Virus genome (UHGV): UHGV-1828728
Length of the DNA stretch: 39,345 nucleotides
Direction: 5' to 3' (one strand)
DNA from: a virus
The notes beneath the pieces are model-generated. The model saw only the letters and a list, made by a program, of their open reading frames with translations. It was not told the origin of the DNA and ran no database searches. The translations under genes and the position numbers were made by a program. Positions 18,743 through 28,996 of the stretch are shown here, in pieces (positions within the stretch are counted from its first letter, which is position 1; every line of letters starts with the position of its first letter).

Positions 18743-20227
18743 TTATTCATTAAGCCATGCCAGAGCTTCATCAACCTGCGCTTCGTCTTCGACGCTAAGC
18801 ACTTCATCCTGGGGAACATAATCCGCCAGCATAGCGAAACAATATGTATCCCAATGGTCTGGTGAGTGCAGGTTGAGTTTTTTCTTCATATCCTCCTTAC
18901 TCATCACCTTCCATTGACCTGCGGAGTTAATCCCTACAGGGATTTTCGACGCTTCCTCAATAGTTTCATTACCCTTATCCAGTCTCATACGACCAGATTT
19001 TACGGCCTCTGCGGCTTGAACGTTGGCATAAGCACGTTTATCAAAGTACAGGCTCTTATCTTCACGGCTATGCATCTTTTTACCCCAGCGTATACGCTGT
19101 ACGGTAATACCATAATACTCGTACATCAGATCCGCCGTTGCTTTACCCAGGCCATCGCCGTCTATCGCTATGGTGATATTTGGGAATCGCTCAGGATTAC
19201 ATTCTGCGAAAATTTTGGCGGCAAGCTGCGTTTCTGTAACGTCTGTGTATTCCAGCATTCGATAGTTGATTACACGGCGTTTATTTCGCTGGCCGGACAC
19301 CATCATGATATTGATAACGGACTTATCCCGTCCCGTACCACCAGCAACGTCCACACATGCAAGCCAGCCCCATCCTTTGGCAATCTTGACTTTCCGCCGC
19401 GTTGCACGTTCAACCTCATCACGTCCAAGAAGGAAGCCATCCTGTGATTTAGGGAATAGGCCGCGTACCTTAATCATGTACATAGGGTTATCGCGCCCGC
19501 CGTACTCCGCCAGCTTCATTTTGATAAATGCTGGCGTTACCAGCGGTGATTCCTCACTGTTAAGCGTGATCGCCGTATAAACGCCATCAGGGTTACCAAG
19601 ACGCTTGGCCAGTTTATGGTGAGTATCGTAGAAATAGCCGCTTGGGCGTGTAGGCTGTGACAGTAATAAGATGCGGTTATCCTGTCCGGTAAGAGCACCG
19701 GTGATGATACCGAAAGCTCTATCACTGACACCGGAGGCTTCATCGATAATATACAGAAGATGATCTGCGTGTTCACCGGCGAGAGCTTCTTCACTTCCCA
19801 GACGAAAGCCCTTCGGTACTACAGTCCATACACCTTTACCAGTAACCTCATAGAAAGCGGTTTCTGTCAGAACAAAATAATCAGCAAGCCATGGAAAACG
19901 GCTGGTGGCAGTAGCCCAGTTTATCTTGATGTACTTGAATATACCGGTCATTACCTGCTGAATTTTGTTCGCAACGATAATGGCGCGGGCACCGGGATAC
20001 ATGATTATGAACAACATGATCATGATAGAAGTCATGTCTGATTTCCCGGTACCGTGACCAGACGAAACAGATGTCTTGCTACCCTGTTCCTGCACAGACT
20101 CAATAATCAGATCCTGCTGCCAGGTAGGTGTTTTGCCGAACAAAACATCAGCGGCAGCAATCCAGTCATAACGATATAGCGCCACCAGCTCGCGCCAACG
20201 TGGATCCGTTACGCAACTTCTGGCCAT
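18743..20227 (-). CDS. pacB: terminase large subunit PacB
   Basis: 494-aa ORF; ATG overlaps the pacA stop (TAATG); size and position between pacA and c1 match P1 PacB. Confidence 0.9.
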   Translation of the reverse strand: MARSCVTDPRWRELVALYRYDWIAAADVLFGKTPTWQQDLIIESVQEQGSKTSVSSGHGTGKSDMTSIMIMLFIIMYPGARAIIVANKIQQVMTGIFKYIKINWATATSRFPWLADYFVLTETAFYEVTGKGVWTVVPKGFRLGSEEALAGEHADHLLYIIDEASGVSDRAFGIITGALTGQDNRILLLSQPTRPSGYFYDTHHKLAKRLGNPDGVYTAITLNSEESPLVTPAFIKMKLAEYGGRDNPMYMIKVRGLFPKSQDGFLLGRDEVERATRRKVKIAKGWGWLACVDVAGGTGRDKSVINIMMVSGQRNKRRVINYRMLEYTDVTETQLAAKIFAECNPERFPNITIAIDGDGLGKATADLMYEYYGITVQRIRWGKKMHSREDKSLYFDKRAYANVQAAEAVKSGRMRLDKGNETIEEASKIPVGINSAGQWKVMSKEDMKKKLNLHSPDHWDTYCFAMLADYVPQDEVLSVEDEAQVDEALAWLNE

Positions 20228-21420
20228 TAATCATCATCCCCGTATAGCTTGCGGGTAACTTCTTCATCTTCCTCCTCGTCTTCGTCCAGGTCTTGTTCCA
20301 GCCATGGGTCGTTTGATACACCTTCAGTATCAACATCTCCATAACCGCCTGTATCAACGATATCGGCGATTTCTTCCCTACGCTGCTCAATCCACAATGC
20401 GGCATCGGCGCGGCGGTTGGCGGCCCGTTCTCGCGCAACTTTGTCCAGATCTTCAAGAGAAGGGCCACCGACGGCTGTTTGCCTTTCCTCATCATCGGTA
20501 TTGGTCTTAGGAGCACGCAGATCGGCTTTGATTTGCTCCAGCATCAGGGGCGGCACTTTTCCGCCATGCGCCTCGATGAATTCAGCTGCTTCCAGCACTG
20601 ACCAGTTATTTTCACGCTTTCGTTCGTATGCCAGCTTAACAATGCCAGCTTGCCCCATAGATAAAGCGTGCTTTTCCGCCTCCCGGCTTTCTTTTCGATA
20701 GTTATTCCGGATGCTGTAAATGGTGTTGATCAGGCTGCTTATCTGCGCGGAACAGCTGTTTAGCATGCTCGCGATACGATATTCAGGCGGAGTCCCTTCA
20801 TCATCGTCTTTTTGCTGATCGCGCATTTCCTGCACCAGACGAATACACGTATCCCTGGCGTTCTCCAGCATAAGGAGATGAGAAAGAGACTTTTCCAGAA
20901 GAGTGGTTTCCAGAACATCGGCCCCGGACCGACGCAACATAGCGCGCGCGGCCTTCCGCGCTTCAACGTTATCTATCAGGTAATCGCCAGCTTCGAATTC
21001 AAAGCGTTCACCATCATCATCCAGGGTGTCGCGTTCCAGGCGATCACGTAAGGTCCGGTGGGCGCGGGTGATCACGTCATGATCATCAGAACGATCATTT
21101 ATGCGCTTATTCTGGCGCTTCGCGTTCTCGACTGCGGCACTGACAACAGCATTAACTCTTTGTTTTTCAGCCATTTCAGCCACAATGTGATCACCTGCAC
21201 GTTGATCATTAGCGTGATCAATGATCATGCTTTTTAGTGGTTTTCTGACAGGCTTATTTGGCTTACGGCTGTCCGCTGTTCCGGTGTCTTCTTTGAATGC
21301 ACGGAGATAACGACGTGCGGTGTTTGGGTTGAGATTAAACTCGGCGGCATATTGTGCGATGGTGTAACCACCATCTCGCGCCAGGCGAGCAAAATTCTTC
21401 TTGTGATCGTCCCAGGTCAC
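20227..21420 (-). CDS. pacA: terminase small subunit / pac-recognition protein PacA
   Basis: 397-aa ORF (GTG start, AAGGAAG SD) containing the clustered TGATCA hexamers of a pac site. Confidence 0.85.
   Translation of the reverse strand: MTWDDHKKNFARLARDGGYTIAQYAAEFNLNPNTARRYLRAFKEDTGTADSRKPNKPVRKPLKSMIIDHANDQRAGDHIVAEMAEKQRVNAVVSAAVENAKRQNKRINDRSDDHDVITRAHRTLRDRLERDTLDDDGERFEFEAGDYLIDNVEARKAARAMLRRSGADVLETTLLEKSLSHLLMLENARDTCIRLVQEMRDQQKDDDEGTPPEYRIASMLNSCSAQISSLINTIYSIRNNYRKESREAEKHALSMGQAGIVKLAYERKRENNWSVLEAAEFIEAHGGKVPPLMLEQIKADLRAPKTNTDDEERQTAVGGPSLEDLDKVARERAANRRADAALWIEQRREEIADIVDTGGYGDVDTEGVSNDPWLEQDLDEDEEEDEEVTRKLYGDDD
21042..21228. other. pac: pac packaging site (hexamer clusters with Dam sites)
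   Basis: Four TGATCA(C/T)-type hexamers at 21042-21098 and four at 21188-21228, separated by about 90 bp, inside pacA as in P1. Confidence 0.75.
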
Positions 21421-21506
21421 TTATGCTTCCTTTCGTATAAAACTCTTTTTGACGCGAGGGTAACGAAAGTCACATGTCAAAAGGCCCGGAACGGGCAAGC
21501 AATCAA

Positions 21507-21959
21507 TCAGATACGTGCGGATGTGGCATTACCGTAATGACGGTGCTGACGGACCACCTTATTGAAAAGTTGACGCGCCATCACCCAAGGCTGGTGCTCC
21601 CGGCGTTCCTTTTCGTCCTGCGTCATATAGAGTTCGTTCTGGAGTTTTTCATCAAACCGGCGCGGAGCGCGGCTGCGGCGAAAGAATTCAGGATTCAGAG
21701 AGTGGATCTGAAATCTACGTGGGCGTGTACTGTCATCAATCAAAACAGACGAATACTTAGACACAGCGATAGCCTTTAAGCGCAGATAAACATCGCGCTT
21801 ATCGACATCCAGATGCGGGTATTCCTTTTCAAGAATTGCTGCGAGTTCTTTCGCTGATAGAAGAGATTTAGTGCGGATCATGTAATCCGCAATCTCGTAC
21901 GATGTTATTCGTGAGTGATTTATTTCCATGAAGTGGCGTCCCTGCCAGTTAAGTAACAT
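21507..21959 (-). CDS. lpa: Lpa (late promoter activator)
   Basis: 150-aa ORF upstream of pacA; ATG at 21959 with GGTGA SD; C1-operator-containing promoter upstream. Confidence 0.8.
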   Translation of the reverse strand: MLLNWQGRHFMEINHSRITSYEIADYMIRTKSLLSAKELAAILEKEYPHLDVDKRDVYLRLKAIAVSKYSSVLIDDSTRPRRFQIHSLNPEFFRRSRAPRRFDEKLQNELYMTQDEKERREHQPWVMARQLFNKVVRQHRHYGNATSARI

Positions 21960-22004
21960 CCTGTCACCTACTGATTAGCCCATGTCAACTAATCAACGTC
22001 GAAT

Positions 22005-22046
22005 ATAATACCCTCGATTAAAGAAATAGCAATACATTAGAGCAAT
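22005..22046 (-). promoter_or_regulatory. lpa promoter with overlapping C1 operator
   Basis: Minus strand: operator core ATTGCTCTAAT (22030-22046) overlapping -35 TTGCTA, 16-nt spacer, -10 TATTAT (22005-22010). Confidence 0.5.
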
Positions 22047-22047
22047 T

Positions 22048-23091
22048 TTATCTAACGCTCGACGAGTGACTTGTGATAGCGCCGACTCCAAGCGCGTAAT
22101 CAAAGAACAATCGTTGATGCATCGCCAGCCTACCGTGCGTCTTCTCCCAATTATCGCGGTCACGCTCAATATCACGCTGGCATGACTGGCACAGAGGAAT
22201 AGCATAAATGTCATGCGCGCATAATCGACTATGACGAACGATATAAGGCGTAATGTGAGCGCCAGCTCCCGCAGCTCCACAGCCACAGCATGGACGGGAA
22301 GCCACAAAGTCCATGTACTCGGGCAATTTTAGCGATTGAAGTTTTGGTATTTTGAAATGCGCCATACCTGGGTCGGAGTCAACATCCACAGGGCATACTT
22401 TTGCACGCATCGGCGCGGCGCGTTCTTCCATCATCTGAACATATGCTGTAGCGCGATCGTCATACGGGCGAATATCCGCCTCTTTCAGAGGTCCGCTATC
22501 CTGCGGAGTAGCCTTCATCTTATTTATTGATATGCGGCAGACTTCTTCCGGCATCAGGTGCATCATGTTGCGCATGAAAGCCCACCAGCACAGCTCCTGA
22601 ATACTTAAATCATGGCTATTTGAAAGGCCCATTTCCTGACGGGCGACATCCAGTATCCAGTTAACGCGATTATTGTGCAGCGTTTCTTTCAGCTCATTAA
22701 AACCACGCATCCGGTAATGGTTATCGTGATGCCAGCACAACAACACCGCGCTATTGTCTCGTTCTGCGTGGACAATATGGTTGTCACACCAGCTACGATC
22801 TGCGGCCTGGCATTGCCCCTCTTTCCTGCGCAACCACGCCACCAGCGAGTCAATTCCACCAATACGGCGAAACAGTTCATCGCTGTTAAAAAACGGCTGC
22901 AACGCCTCATTTGTTGCCATGGTTTGCTCGGTAACAACGAGGCCGTCGTCCATGTGCTCGATTAACTCACGCGGCACCGGCTCCATAATAAATTTACGGC
23001 CAGCCTCCACCAGCTTTCTGACTTCCTGATCCACTTTGAATGTGGCGACGCCAAGCTCTTTTTGTACAAAGGGAGTAATTACGGCTTTCAC
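22048..23091 (-). CDS. pdcB: PdcB-like protein (post-doc gene), Cys/His-rich
   Basis: 347-aa ORF downstream of doc/pdcA; GTG start with AAAGGTG SD; several Cys clusters (e.g. [17 protein letters not shown]). Name by synteny. Confidence 0.65.
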   Translation of the reverse strand: MKAVITPFVQKELGVATFKVDQEVRKLVEAGRKFIMEPVPRELIEHMDDGLVVTEQTMATNEALQPFFNSDELFRRIGGIDSLVAWLRRKEGQCQAADRSWCDNHIVHAERDNSAVLLCWHHDNHYRMRGFNELKETLHNNRVNWILDVARQEMGLSNSHDLSIQELCWWAFMRNMMHLMPEEVCRISINKMKATPQDSGPLKEADIRPYDDRATAYVQMMEERAAPMRAKVCPVDVDSDPGMAHFKIPKLQSLKLPEYMDFVASRPCCGCGAAGAGAHITPYIVRHSRLCAHDIYAIPLCQSCQRDIERDRDNWEKTHGRLAMHQRLFFDYALGVGAITSHSSSVR

Positions 23092-23118
23092 ATCACACCT
23101 TTCATCACTGATTGGGCT

Positions 23119-23298
23119 TTATCTGCTGCCCGGCATTCTCTGTTTAAGCACAACCATTTCCTGACGGCATAACACAGCAATAGCAGCCCTGGCTCCAATT
23201 TGCTTACCAACCAGGTATTGCTTTACCTCGCGGCGACTCACGCCATCAAGAAGCATCTTTAACGCTTCACGGGACAATTTGTTGTATTTGCGTGCCAT
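23119..23298 (-). CDS. pdcA: PdcA-like small protein
   Basis: Small ORF immediately after doc; start taken at the ATG 4 nt after the doc stop (MARKYNK...). An alternative ATG at 23319 overlaps the doc 3' end. Confidence 0.45.
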   Translation of the reverse strand: MARKYNKLSREALKMLLDGVSRREVKQYLVGKQIGARAAIAVLCRQEMVVLKQRMPGSR

Positions 23299-23302
23299 TA
23301 AT

Positions 23303-23683
23303 CTACTCCGCAGAACCATACAATCTACGTAACGTGTCGGCGACAGAAGATACAGATATCTCGCCAGTCGCAGCGCCTACAGTAAGGTCTGCCAGTTCAG
23401 GTGAATCAAATACCTGCACCCCGTTACGGCGTAGAAATAGCAGCGCGCTGTTTAGCGCGGTACGCTTATTGGCATCATTGAATATATGCCCTCTCGCTGT
23501 AGCCACCAGGTAGGTGGCGGAGACTTCGAAAAGGTCGGTGATCTCTTCGTAGGCAACTCTGGCCTGAACTCTCCCGATAATGGCCTCTGCCCTGCCCGGA
23601 TCTGACATGCCAGGCAGGCCGCCGTAGCGGCTTATATTCGCATCATGAAGCGCAATAAGTTCTTCCGGTGATATATGCCTCAT
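23303..23683 (-). CDS. doc: Doc toxin (Fic-fold) of the phd-doc addiction module
   Basis: 126-aa product beginning [25 protein letters not shown]; matches P1 Doc from memory. ATG overlaps the phd stop (TAATG). Confidence 0.95.
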
Positions 23684-23904
23684 TATCGGTTAACCAGTTC
23701 CTTGTTGGTGGAGTCCAGAGTGTCAAACAGGGATGCAAATTCAGCATCCAGCGCCGCTTTTTTGTAGGCTTCGAAAGTAGCCTTGCTGACAATTACTGCT
23801 GGCTCACGGCCTCTGCGGGTGATTTCAACCTCTTCCCCGGCTTCAACATTGTTGAGCACTTCAGAAAGGTTGCCGCGCGCGGTACGGAAGTTAATGGATT
23901 GCAT
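23683..23904 (-). CDS. phd: Phd antitoxin
   Basis: 73-aa product beginning [73 protein letters not shown]; matches P1 Phd. The track ORF has 2 extra N-terminal codons. Confidence 0.95.
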
Positions 23905-23976
23905 AAACACCTCGTGTACTCGTTATGTGTACACAATTATAAACCTCACAGGCATAAAGCACCAGCCCTTTGCAGC

Positions 23977-24366
23977 TTAAATAACCGGACAATCATCAAA
24001 CTCCCCACTTCGGGCATCATTGATGACATGAGTGATCACACCAAAAACAGCATTACTGCCCGTGCATCCATCGTCATCTACTGGTAACGCCTCTTTCTTC
24101 CCGGTGCTTAAATCCTCCAGGTGCTGGCGCGGATACTTCCTGTATCTCTTTATGCGATATTCACCCTCCATAGCGCACACAAGCAGCGAACCATCAACTG
24201 GAGTAAGCGAAGAATCAACCACCAGCAAAGCACCCTGCAATATTCCCTCACGGTGATGGCTATCAGCTGCCCGCATGAAGTAGGTTGCTGATGGATGTCT
24301 AATTATCTGCTGATCAAGAGAAATTCGGCTTTCAACATAATCCGCCGCAGGAGAAGGGAAGCCCAT
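23977..24366 (-). CDS. humD: HumD (UmuD'-like SOS mutagenesis protein)
   Basis: 129-aa UmuD-family C-terminal domain lacking the N-terminal cleavage region; LexA box 20 bp upstream. Confidence 0.9.
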   Translation of the reverse strand: MGFPSPAADYVESRISLDQQIIRHPSATYFMRAADSHHREGILQGALLVVDSSLTPVDGSLLVCAMEGEYRIKRYRKYPRQHLEDLSTGKKEALPVDDDGCTGSNAVFGVITHVINDARSGEFDDCPVI

Positions 24367-24384
24367 AGCGTTTTACCTCAATGA

Positions 24385-24404
24385 TACTGTTTATTCATAC
24401 AGTA
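24385..24404. promoter_or_regulatory. LexA box (SOS operator) upstream of humD
   Basis: TACTGT-ttattcat-ACAGTA, a perfect CTGT-N8-ACAG palindrome, overlapping a TATACT -10. Confidence 0.8.
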
Positions 24405-24489
24405 TACATTGAAAAGGCATAGTTTGTGAAAGCGGGGTTTGTAGGCGCGCCACGCTGGGGGCTAATCACATTTCTCCCCCATCTTGCCG

Positions 24490-24741
24490 TTATTTTTTTG
24501 GTGCATCCTCGTTCTGATACACCGGATCGCTCCCTTTTGGCAACTGGAGGCTTAACTGCCGGTAGTGCCGTAGCCGTTCCATGAAATAGGCGCGCAGGTT
24601 TTCCGGTTGCTCACGGGCCACCTGCTCTGCAATCACAGGTATATTCAGCCGTTCTTTGTAAGCAACGCCGCTGGCGGCAAGGTCTACGTTCACCTTGTCT
24701 CGCTCTTCCTGGCTTTTAGCTGCTATATTTCGATCTGACAC
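24490..24741 (-). CDS. hot: Hot (DNA polymerase III theta subunit homologue)
   Basis: 83-aa product with [11 protein letters not shown](A/S)GVA(F/Y)KER-type similarity to E. coli HolE from memory; GTG start with GGAGG SD. Confidence 0.85.
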   Translation of the reverse strand: MSDRNIAAKSQEERDKVNVDLAASGVAYKERLNIPVIAEQVAREQPENLRAYFMERLRHYRQLSLQLPKGSDPVYQNEDAPKK

Positions 24742-24773
24742 AAGAAACCTCCAGGAGTTAGTGGATCAGGCAC

Positions 24774-25124
24774 ATGCACAATAACGTTCTCAATGTTAGC
24801 CGTTCAATTCAGACAATCAGAGACTGCACCAGTGTGGTGGCATCAATCCCATTGCGAAACAGCATAGACGAACTGCAAATTCGTGTATTGAATCCGAATC
24901 AGGCTAATAAGCAATTGCGCTTTATTTTGACGCTGAAAAGTGAAACAGAGGGGATAAAGCACAGCGTAAAAGTGTTTTCTGAGGCCATTCTGCTTAATGG
25001 GAAGCTCCGGCATCTGGTAAGGCCAGAACGTCAATATCCTGACGTCCTGGCGCGTGAAAAAGACCTTCTTTCTGAAGTTCAGGATAGGGTGATCGATTTC
25101 GTCAAATGCTATCCCCTGCATTGA
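24774..25124 (+). CDS. hypothetical protein (possible lxr-region ORF)
   Basis: 116-aa ORF on + strand in an otherwise minus-strand block; weak RBS; no LexA box found nearby. Confidence 0.3.
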   Translation: MHNNVLNVSRSIQTIRDCTSVVASIPLRNSIDELQIRVLNPNQANKQLRFILTLKSETEGIKHSVKVFSEAILLNGKLRHLVRPERQYPDVLAREKDLLSEVQDRVIDFVKCYPLH

Positions 25125-25324
25125 GGGCAGGTGTTCCCTTCCGCAAAGTAGGGAAAATTGCTATCAAGTTCATCACACCATCTGCGATGGTCGTAGCACC
25201 AAAAAGCCTCCCACGGTAAACCAAAAGACTTCATCCACTGGGACACTCGATCTAGTATATCTGCTGGTGGCAGTTCTTCTGGCAATAATTTGCCTGATAA
25301 TTCCCTTTCCGCCCGCGACAGCAT
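25109..25324 (-). CDS. hypothetical small Cys-rich protein
   Basis: 71-aa ORF with C-terminal C-x-C/CPQC motif; ATG directly follows an A7 run shared with an upstream overlapping ORF. Confidence 0.4.
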   Translation of the reverse strand: MLSRAERELSGKLLPEELPPADILDRVSQWMKSFGLPWEAFWCYDHRRWCDELDSNFPYFAEGNTCPQCRG

Positions 25325-25375
25325 TTTTTTGAGGCTCGCGTTCTCTTTTTCAGCTCATCTACGCGCACCTGTAAT

Positions 25376-26026
25376 TCAGCTTTCGTTGGCATGGTCCACC
25401 TCATGCTTTTCAGCCACCAGCGGCAATAAAGCCCTGGCCATCTTATGAACCAATAGTGCATCAATAATGCCAAGCGTATGCCCCGGCTTAATGTTTAATG
25501 CCGCCTCAAGGTGACACCTTTCCAGGTCACTTTTCTCGGCTTGTTTATGATGATCTGGTGTAATAACGTCGCCCAAAACACGGCTAATTCTTTCTCGTAA
25601 TTGCTGGGTGCCAGCACACTTGATCGCTGTATCGTGGAGACGGTTAACCAGTTCGCGATAAACATGCGGCTTAATGCGGATACGTTCACCGGTGACGCCC
25701 TTTCCTGGCGCTGGCACCGAACTATCCGGAATATCCGGATAGTTGCCAGCCTCGTAAGCTACCCGCAGCCAGTGCATGAATGTTTCAGTGGACACACAAC
25801 CACAGTCCACATCGATTTTTCCGCGTTGCTGTTCCAGCCAATGCTCAAAATTCAATCTACACGTATTACTTTCATGTTGCTCTTTTTGTCTCAAGGCCAG
25901 CATCTGCTGGGCTATTTCCAATACTTCATCTGCCGTATATCCAGCACCGTGACCATACATTTCGATACGGGAAATAATCTCTGATATGCGCTCTTCAGTG
26001 ATTCTGGTCATTTCTTTTTGCGCCAT
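25376..26026 (-). CDS. hypothetical protein
   Basis: 216-aa ORF; ATG overlaps the stop of the upstream membrane-protein gene. Confidence 0.6.
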   Translation of the reverse strand: MAQKEMTRITEERISEIISRIEMYGHGAGYTADEVLEIAQQMLALRQKEQHESNTCRLNFEHWLEQQRGKIDVDCGCVSTETFMHWLRVAYEAGNYPDIPDSSVPAPGKGVTGERIRIKPHVYRELVNRLHDTAIKCAGTQQLRERISRVLGDVITPDHHKQAEKSDLERCHLEAALNIKPGHTLGIIDALLVHKMARALLPLVAEKHEVDHANES

Positions 26027-26382
26027 TTCTTTTCACATTCCTTAGTCCATTCTTCAATGTTCATTTTGGCAATATCAGTCATTCCATCACCTAAGAAATA
26101 CTTTTTCCGGTATGTCTTGCACTTAAACCACACTACAACAGCCACCAGCCAGAAAATAAAAGGCCATACAGCAATACCAACGACAGCCGCGATAAAGCCC
26201 AATAGCCATAAATGAAGCTCTCCAACTTCTGTTTCCGGCAATATTCTTAAAGAATTAAACAGCAGGATGAACGAATGGTCGTATGCATTGGCAGTATAAG
26301 ACATGCAATCCATATAATTAAAGTCATAGCCTGCGGCTGCCGCCCATAATGGGCGGTCAAGAAAATGTTTTAGTGTCATCAT
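26008..26382 (-). CDS. hypothetical membrane protein
   Basis: 124 aa with a long hydrophobic segment (LWLLGFIAAVVGIAVWPFIFWLVAVVVWF) and lysine-rich C-terminus. Confidence 0.55.
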   Translation of the reverse strand: MMTLKHFLDRPLWAAAAGYDFNYMDCMSYTANAYDHSFILLFNSLRILPETEVGELHLWLLGFIAAVVGIAVWPFIFWLVAVVVWFKCKTYRKKYFLGDGMTDIAKMNIEEWTKECEKKWRKKK

Positions 26383-26388
26383 ATAAAT

Positions 26389-26682
26389 TTAAGGTTCAGA
26401 CCAGTTATCTTCAATAGCAATGCTTAATCTTTGTAGCCATTCTGCTAATTTCAGCATTGCTTCTCTTTCGCTTAAACCACGAGGAAAATCATCAAGCGAA
26501 ATTGTTGGCTTGAATCCCCCGCAATTATCCATTTCAACTGTCAGATTTTGTTCCAGCACGGTATTTCTTACGCGGCTATTGTGCCGGAGCAAATATACTG
26601 AGCGTGATTTATTGGTTTTGTGGTCTAGCTTATATTCGGTAAGTATCATCTGGCTTTTGCCATGATTATTACCTCTCCACAT
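26389..26682 (-). CDS. hypothetical protein
   Basis: 97-aa version from ATG 26682 with GAGGT SD; the track ORF extends to a TTG at 26778. Confidence 0.45.
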   Translation of the reverse strand: MWRGNNHGKSQMILTEYKLDHKTNKSRSVYLLRHNSRVRNTVLEQNLTVEMDNCGGFKPTISLDDFPRGLSEREAMLKLAEWLQRLSIAIEDNWSEP

Positions 26683-26860
26683 ACTTACCTCACTTAATAA
26701 AACAACTCCATGCGTAGTTGATGATTTTTTCCCACGTAATATAAATCTGCACTCCGGCAGTAAAACCAAAGCCAACAATTGCTGAAAAAATCAAAACATT
26801 TACTTTTGACATTATAAATTTTCTCTCGGTGTCGTAGGTGATAGCACCATAATTGATAAT

Positions 26861-27094
26861 TTAGTGAGTTAGCAGTTCCATTTTTTTGATGATTTCCGCA
26901 TGAGCATCATCGTTATCAACACTTAGCTCGTTTAATGCTTCTCGCACTACATCAACTTCTTCAGGCTGAAAGAAGTCGTCGCGGTAATCACCAAATAGAA
27001 CCGAAACCAGCCTGCCACCAGCAACATCAAGATTGGCGCTAACAGGTGGCTCTTTGCCATCCTCAAATTCGACTACAAAAGTTAATTTTCCCAT
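26861..27094 (-). CDS. hypothetical acidic protein
   Basis: 77 aa; ATG with GGGGGT SD at 5 nt. Confidence 0.5.
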   Translation of the reverse strand: MGKLTFVVEFEDGKEPPVSANLDVAGGRLVSVLFGDYRDDFFQPEEVDVVREALNELSVDNDDAHAEIIKKMELLTH

Positions 27095-27170
27095 CGTTAC
27101 CCCCAGAAGATAAAAATAGCGGCAATCGCCATAGCTACGCCTACAATCGCAAATGCTTCAGGCCAGCTTA

Positions 27171-27431
27171 TTACCTCACCTCCAGTCTCCATACCGCCTG
27201 ACCAATCCGGCTGGCATGGGTATCTTTGGATACTGTTCCATCTTTAGCCAGCTCCATAAGAATTTTGCGCAAATCTGCCGACCGCCATTCTTCATCAGGA
27301 AATTCCTTCTCCATTGCCAACCGCAGATTCCAGGTTGCCATCCTGAATGGATATTCCCCGCCGAGAGCTTTATCTTGCAGGGCAGCCCGGGAACGCATCA
27401 CCTGCAAAACCTTCTCTTTTACATCCATCAT
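27171..27431 (-). CDS. hypothetical protein
   Basis: 86 aa; ATG overlaps the upstream gene stop (ATGA). Confidence 0.5.
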   Translation of the reverse strand: MMDVKEKVLQVMRSRAALQDKALGGEYPFRMATWNLRLAMEKEFPDEEWRSADLRKILMELAKDGTVSKDTHASRIGQAVWRLEVR

Positions 27432-28183
27432 TTCGCCTCCTGCGGCGGTTCCGGTAGCGGCATCCAGTGAGTTGCTTGCTCAATACCATTACCCGGCTTA
27501 ATCGTTGCATCTCCGCGCCGAAAGGTGCTTCCGGTATAGCGTGCGGAGCATATTAGCGGTTCAACCAGAGAGCTATCGAAATTCACCGAAATAAGCACGT
27601 TCTGGCCCTTTTCAGGCATTCGCTCACTACAGCTTATCCAACCATCCGGAGTTACCGGATAGTTGACAGCCAGTCTGCGCAAAACAGCCTTAACAGCCTC
27701 AATACGGTCATCATCAACTTTTTCTACAATATTGGAATTTAAATACTTCGAAGCCTTGCTATGCCAATCGCTGGTTTTAGGGTCTTGTCCATCCATCAAA
27801 CGCCAAGCTTCAGCGATTAACTCATAGCCAGTAACAGTGGCTTCCTGCGCATCACCAATCAGTTGTGTGATCTCTCTTTCAAGCATGCTTAGAGCGTTAG
27901 GCATTGGTTTTTCTTCCGGTACTACTGGAACGGGGGGAGCGGCGTAGACCTCAATAATTCCATTATCAATAGGCCATTCTCCATCCTTGAGGTAGTCACT
28001 TGTGCCGTCAACTTGCTGTTCTGCAATGTGGAATGCACCTATTGGTTTTGCTTCCAACGATGCCAGTGCAATCCGTGCCAGTTCTTCCGCTTCTTCTGCT
28101 GGCAGTACAACGTTGCTACCAGGTCCGTATGTTTCGCGCCACTGCTTGATTGTCAGCAGTCGCCCTTTGGTAATAGTGATCAT
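27428..28183 (-). CDS. hypothetical protein with DUF551-like C-terminal domain
   Basis: 251 aa; C-terminal WISCSERMPEKGQNVLI...ATHWMPLPEPP resembles the phage-associated DUF551 pattern (from memory). Confidence 0.6.
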   Translation of the reverse strand: MITITKGRLLTIKQWRETYGPGSNVVLPAEEAEELARIALASLEAKPIGAFHIAEQQVDGTSDYLKDGEWPIDNGIIEVYAAPPVPVVPEEKPMPNALSMLEREITQLIGDAQEATVTGYELIAEAWRLMDGQDPKTSDWHSKASKYLNSNIVEKVDDDRIEAVKAVLRRLAVNYPVTPDGWISCSERMPEKGQNVLISVNFDSSLVEPLICSARYTGSTFRRGDATIKPGNGIEQATHWMPLPEPPQEAK

Positions 28184-28695
28184 GCCGCGTTTCCTTCTTT
28201 CTTATTAACAATCACACCGTCATATATTTCATTAAGGTGCCCTCTCAACTCCATGCGCCTTAATGCAGATAACATGTAATCGCATTCAACCTGCTTATTC
28301 CCAGTAAATGGCTTATCGTCAGGATTACCCCAACAGCAATTACCCCTGGGCCATCCATGTACTTTCCGTACTCTTCCGTTAACAACGTGAAGTAATCCCC
28401 AGCCGGGAGGTAAATCCTCAACTGAAATAATTTCCGGCTCACTAATAAAGAATCGCCAGTCGCCCATGCCAAGTGAGGGATTTTTACGGAAACGCTTTTT
28501 TCTATCTGCCAACAAGTCAGCACGAGAACACTTCGCCTCTATCAGGCATGATGCTGAATTTCTGAATCCCATAGCATCTGGCTGTTCTCCGGTACTGGTT
28601 ACAGCAACAAAGCGGTCATGAAAGCAAACCTTGAACCCGTTGCGCTTAAGGAACTTGTACGCAATCTGACAGAGTTCGTGGTGTGTTAACGCCAT
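28180..28695 (-). CDS. hypothetical protein, possible PD-(D/E)xK-type nuclease
   Basis: Start taken at ATG 28695 (AAGGAAAG SD) rather than the track start 28713; contains an E-x-K like segment (IEAKCSRAD). Nuclease assignment is tentative. Confidence 0.5.
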   Translation of the reverse strand: MALTHHELCQIAYKFLKRNGFKVCFHDRFVAVTSTGEQPDAMGFRNSASCLIEAKCSRADLLADRKKRFRKNPSLGMGDWRFFISEPEIISVEDLPPGWGLLHVVNGRVRKVHGWPRGNCCWGNPDDKPFTGNKQVECDYMLSALRRMELRGHLNEIYDGVIVNKKEGNAA

Positions 28696-28731
28696 ATCAC
28701 TTTCCTTTCCCATGTTGTCATGTGTTAGTCC

Positions 28732-28995
28732 TTATCCTGCTGTGCTTTCAACTGATGAGGGGAACAAAATCTTTTCATCAAACCCTGCATTCATATCATG
28801 AACAGCAACACACCAATCCATCGACGAACGATTATCAAGAGCCTCCATGATTTCATCCATGCGGCGCAGGTCATACAGGTAAATGCTTTTATCGCCAATG
28901 GTGTAAAAACCAATTTTTTTCGGTGATGGACAGCGATCAAGAACGTCCTGTAATTCGCTCAACCATGCTTGTTCTTTTTTTGTCAAAGTTGCCAT
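28732..28995 (-). CDS. hypothetical protein
   Basis: 87-aa ORF with ATG start, tightly packed after the upstream gene. Confidence 0.5.
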   Translation of the reverse strand: MATLTKKEQAWLSELQDVLDRCPSPKKIGFYTIGDKSIYLYDLRRMDEIMEALDNRSSMDWCVAVHDMNAGFDEKILFPSSVESTAG

Positions 28996-28996
28996 A

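Noticed and set aside
24405-25108. Attempt to place P1 lxr near hot/humD
   Set aside because: No second LexA box or convincing small ORF in the expected position; the 116-aa + strand ORF is kept only as a low-confidence hypothetical.
26389-26778. 129-aa TTG-start version of the ORF
   Set aside because: The internal ATG at 26682 has a much better SD, and the upstream part competes with a 40-aa hydrophobic ORF; the longer form is considered less likely.
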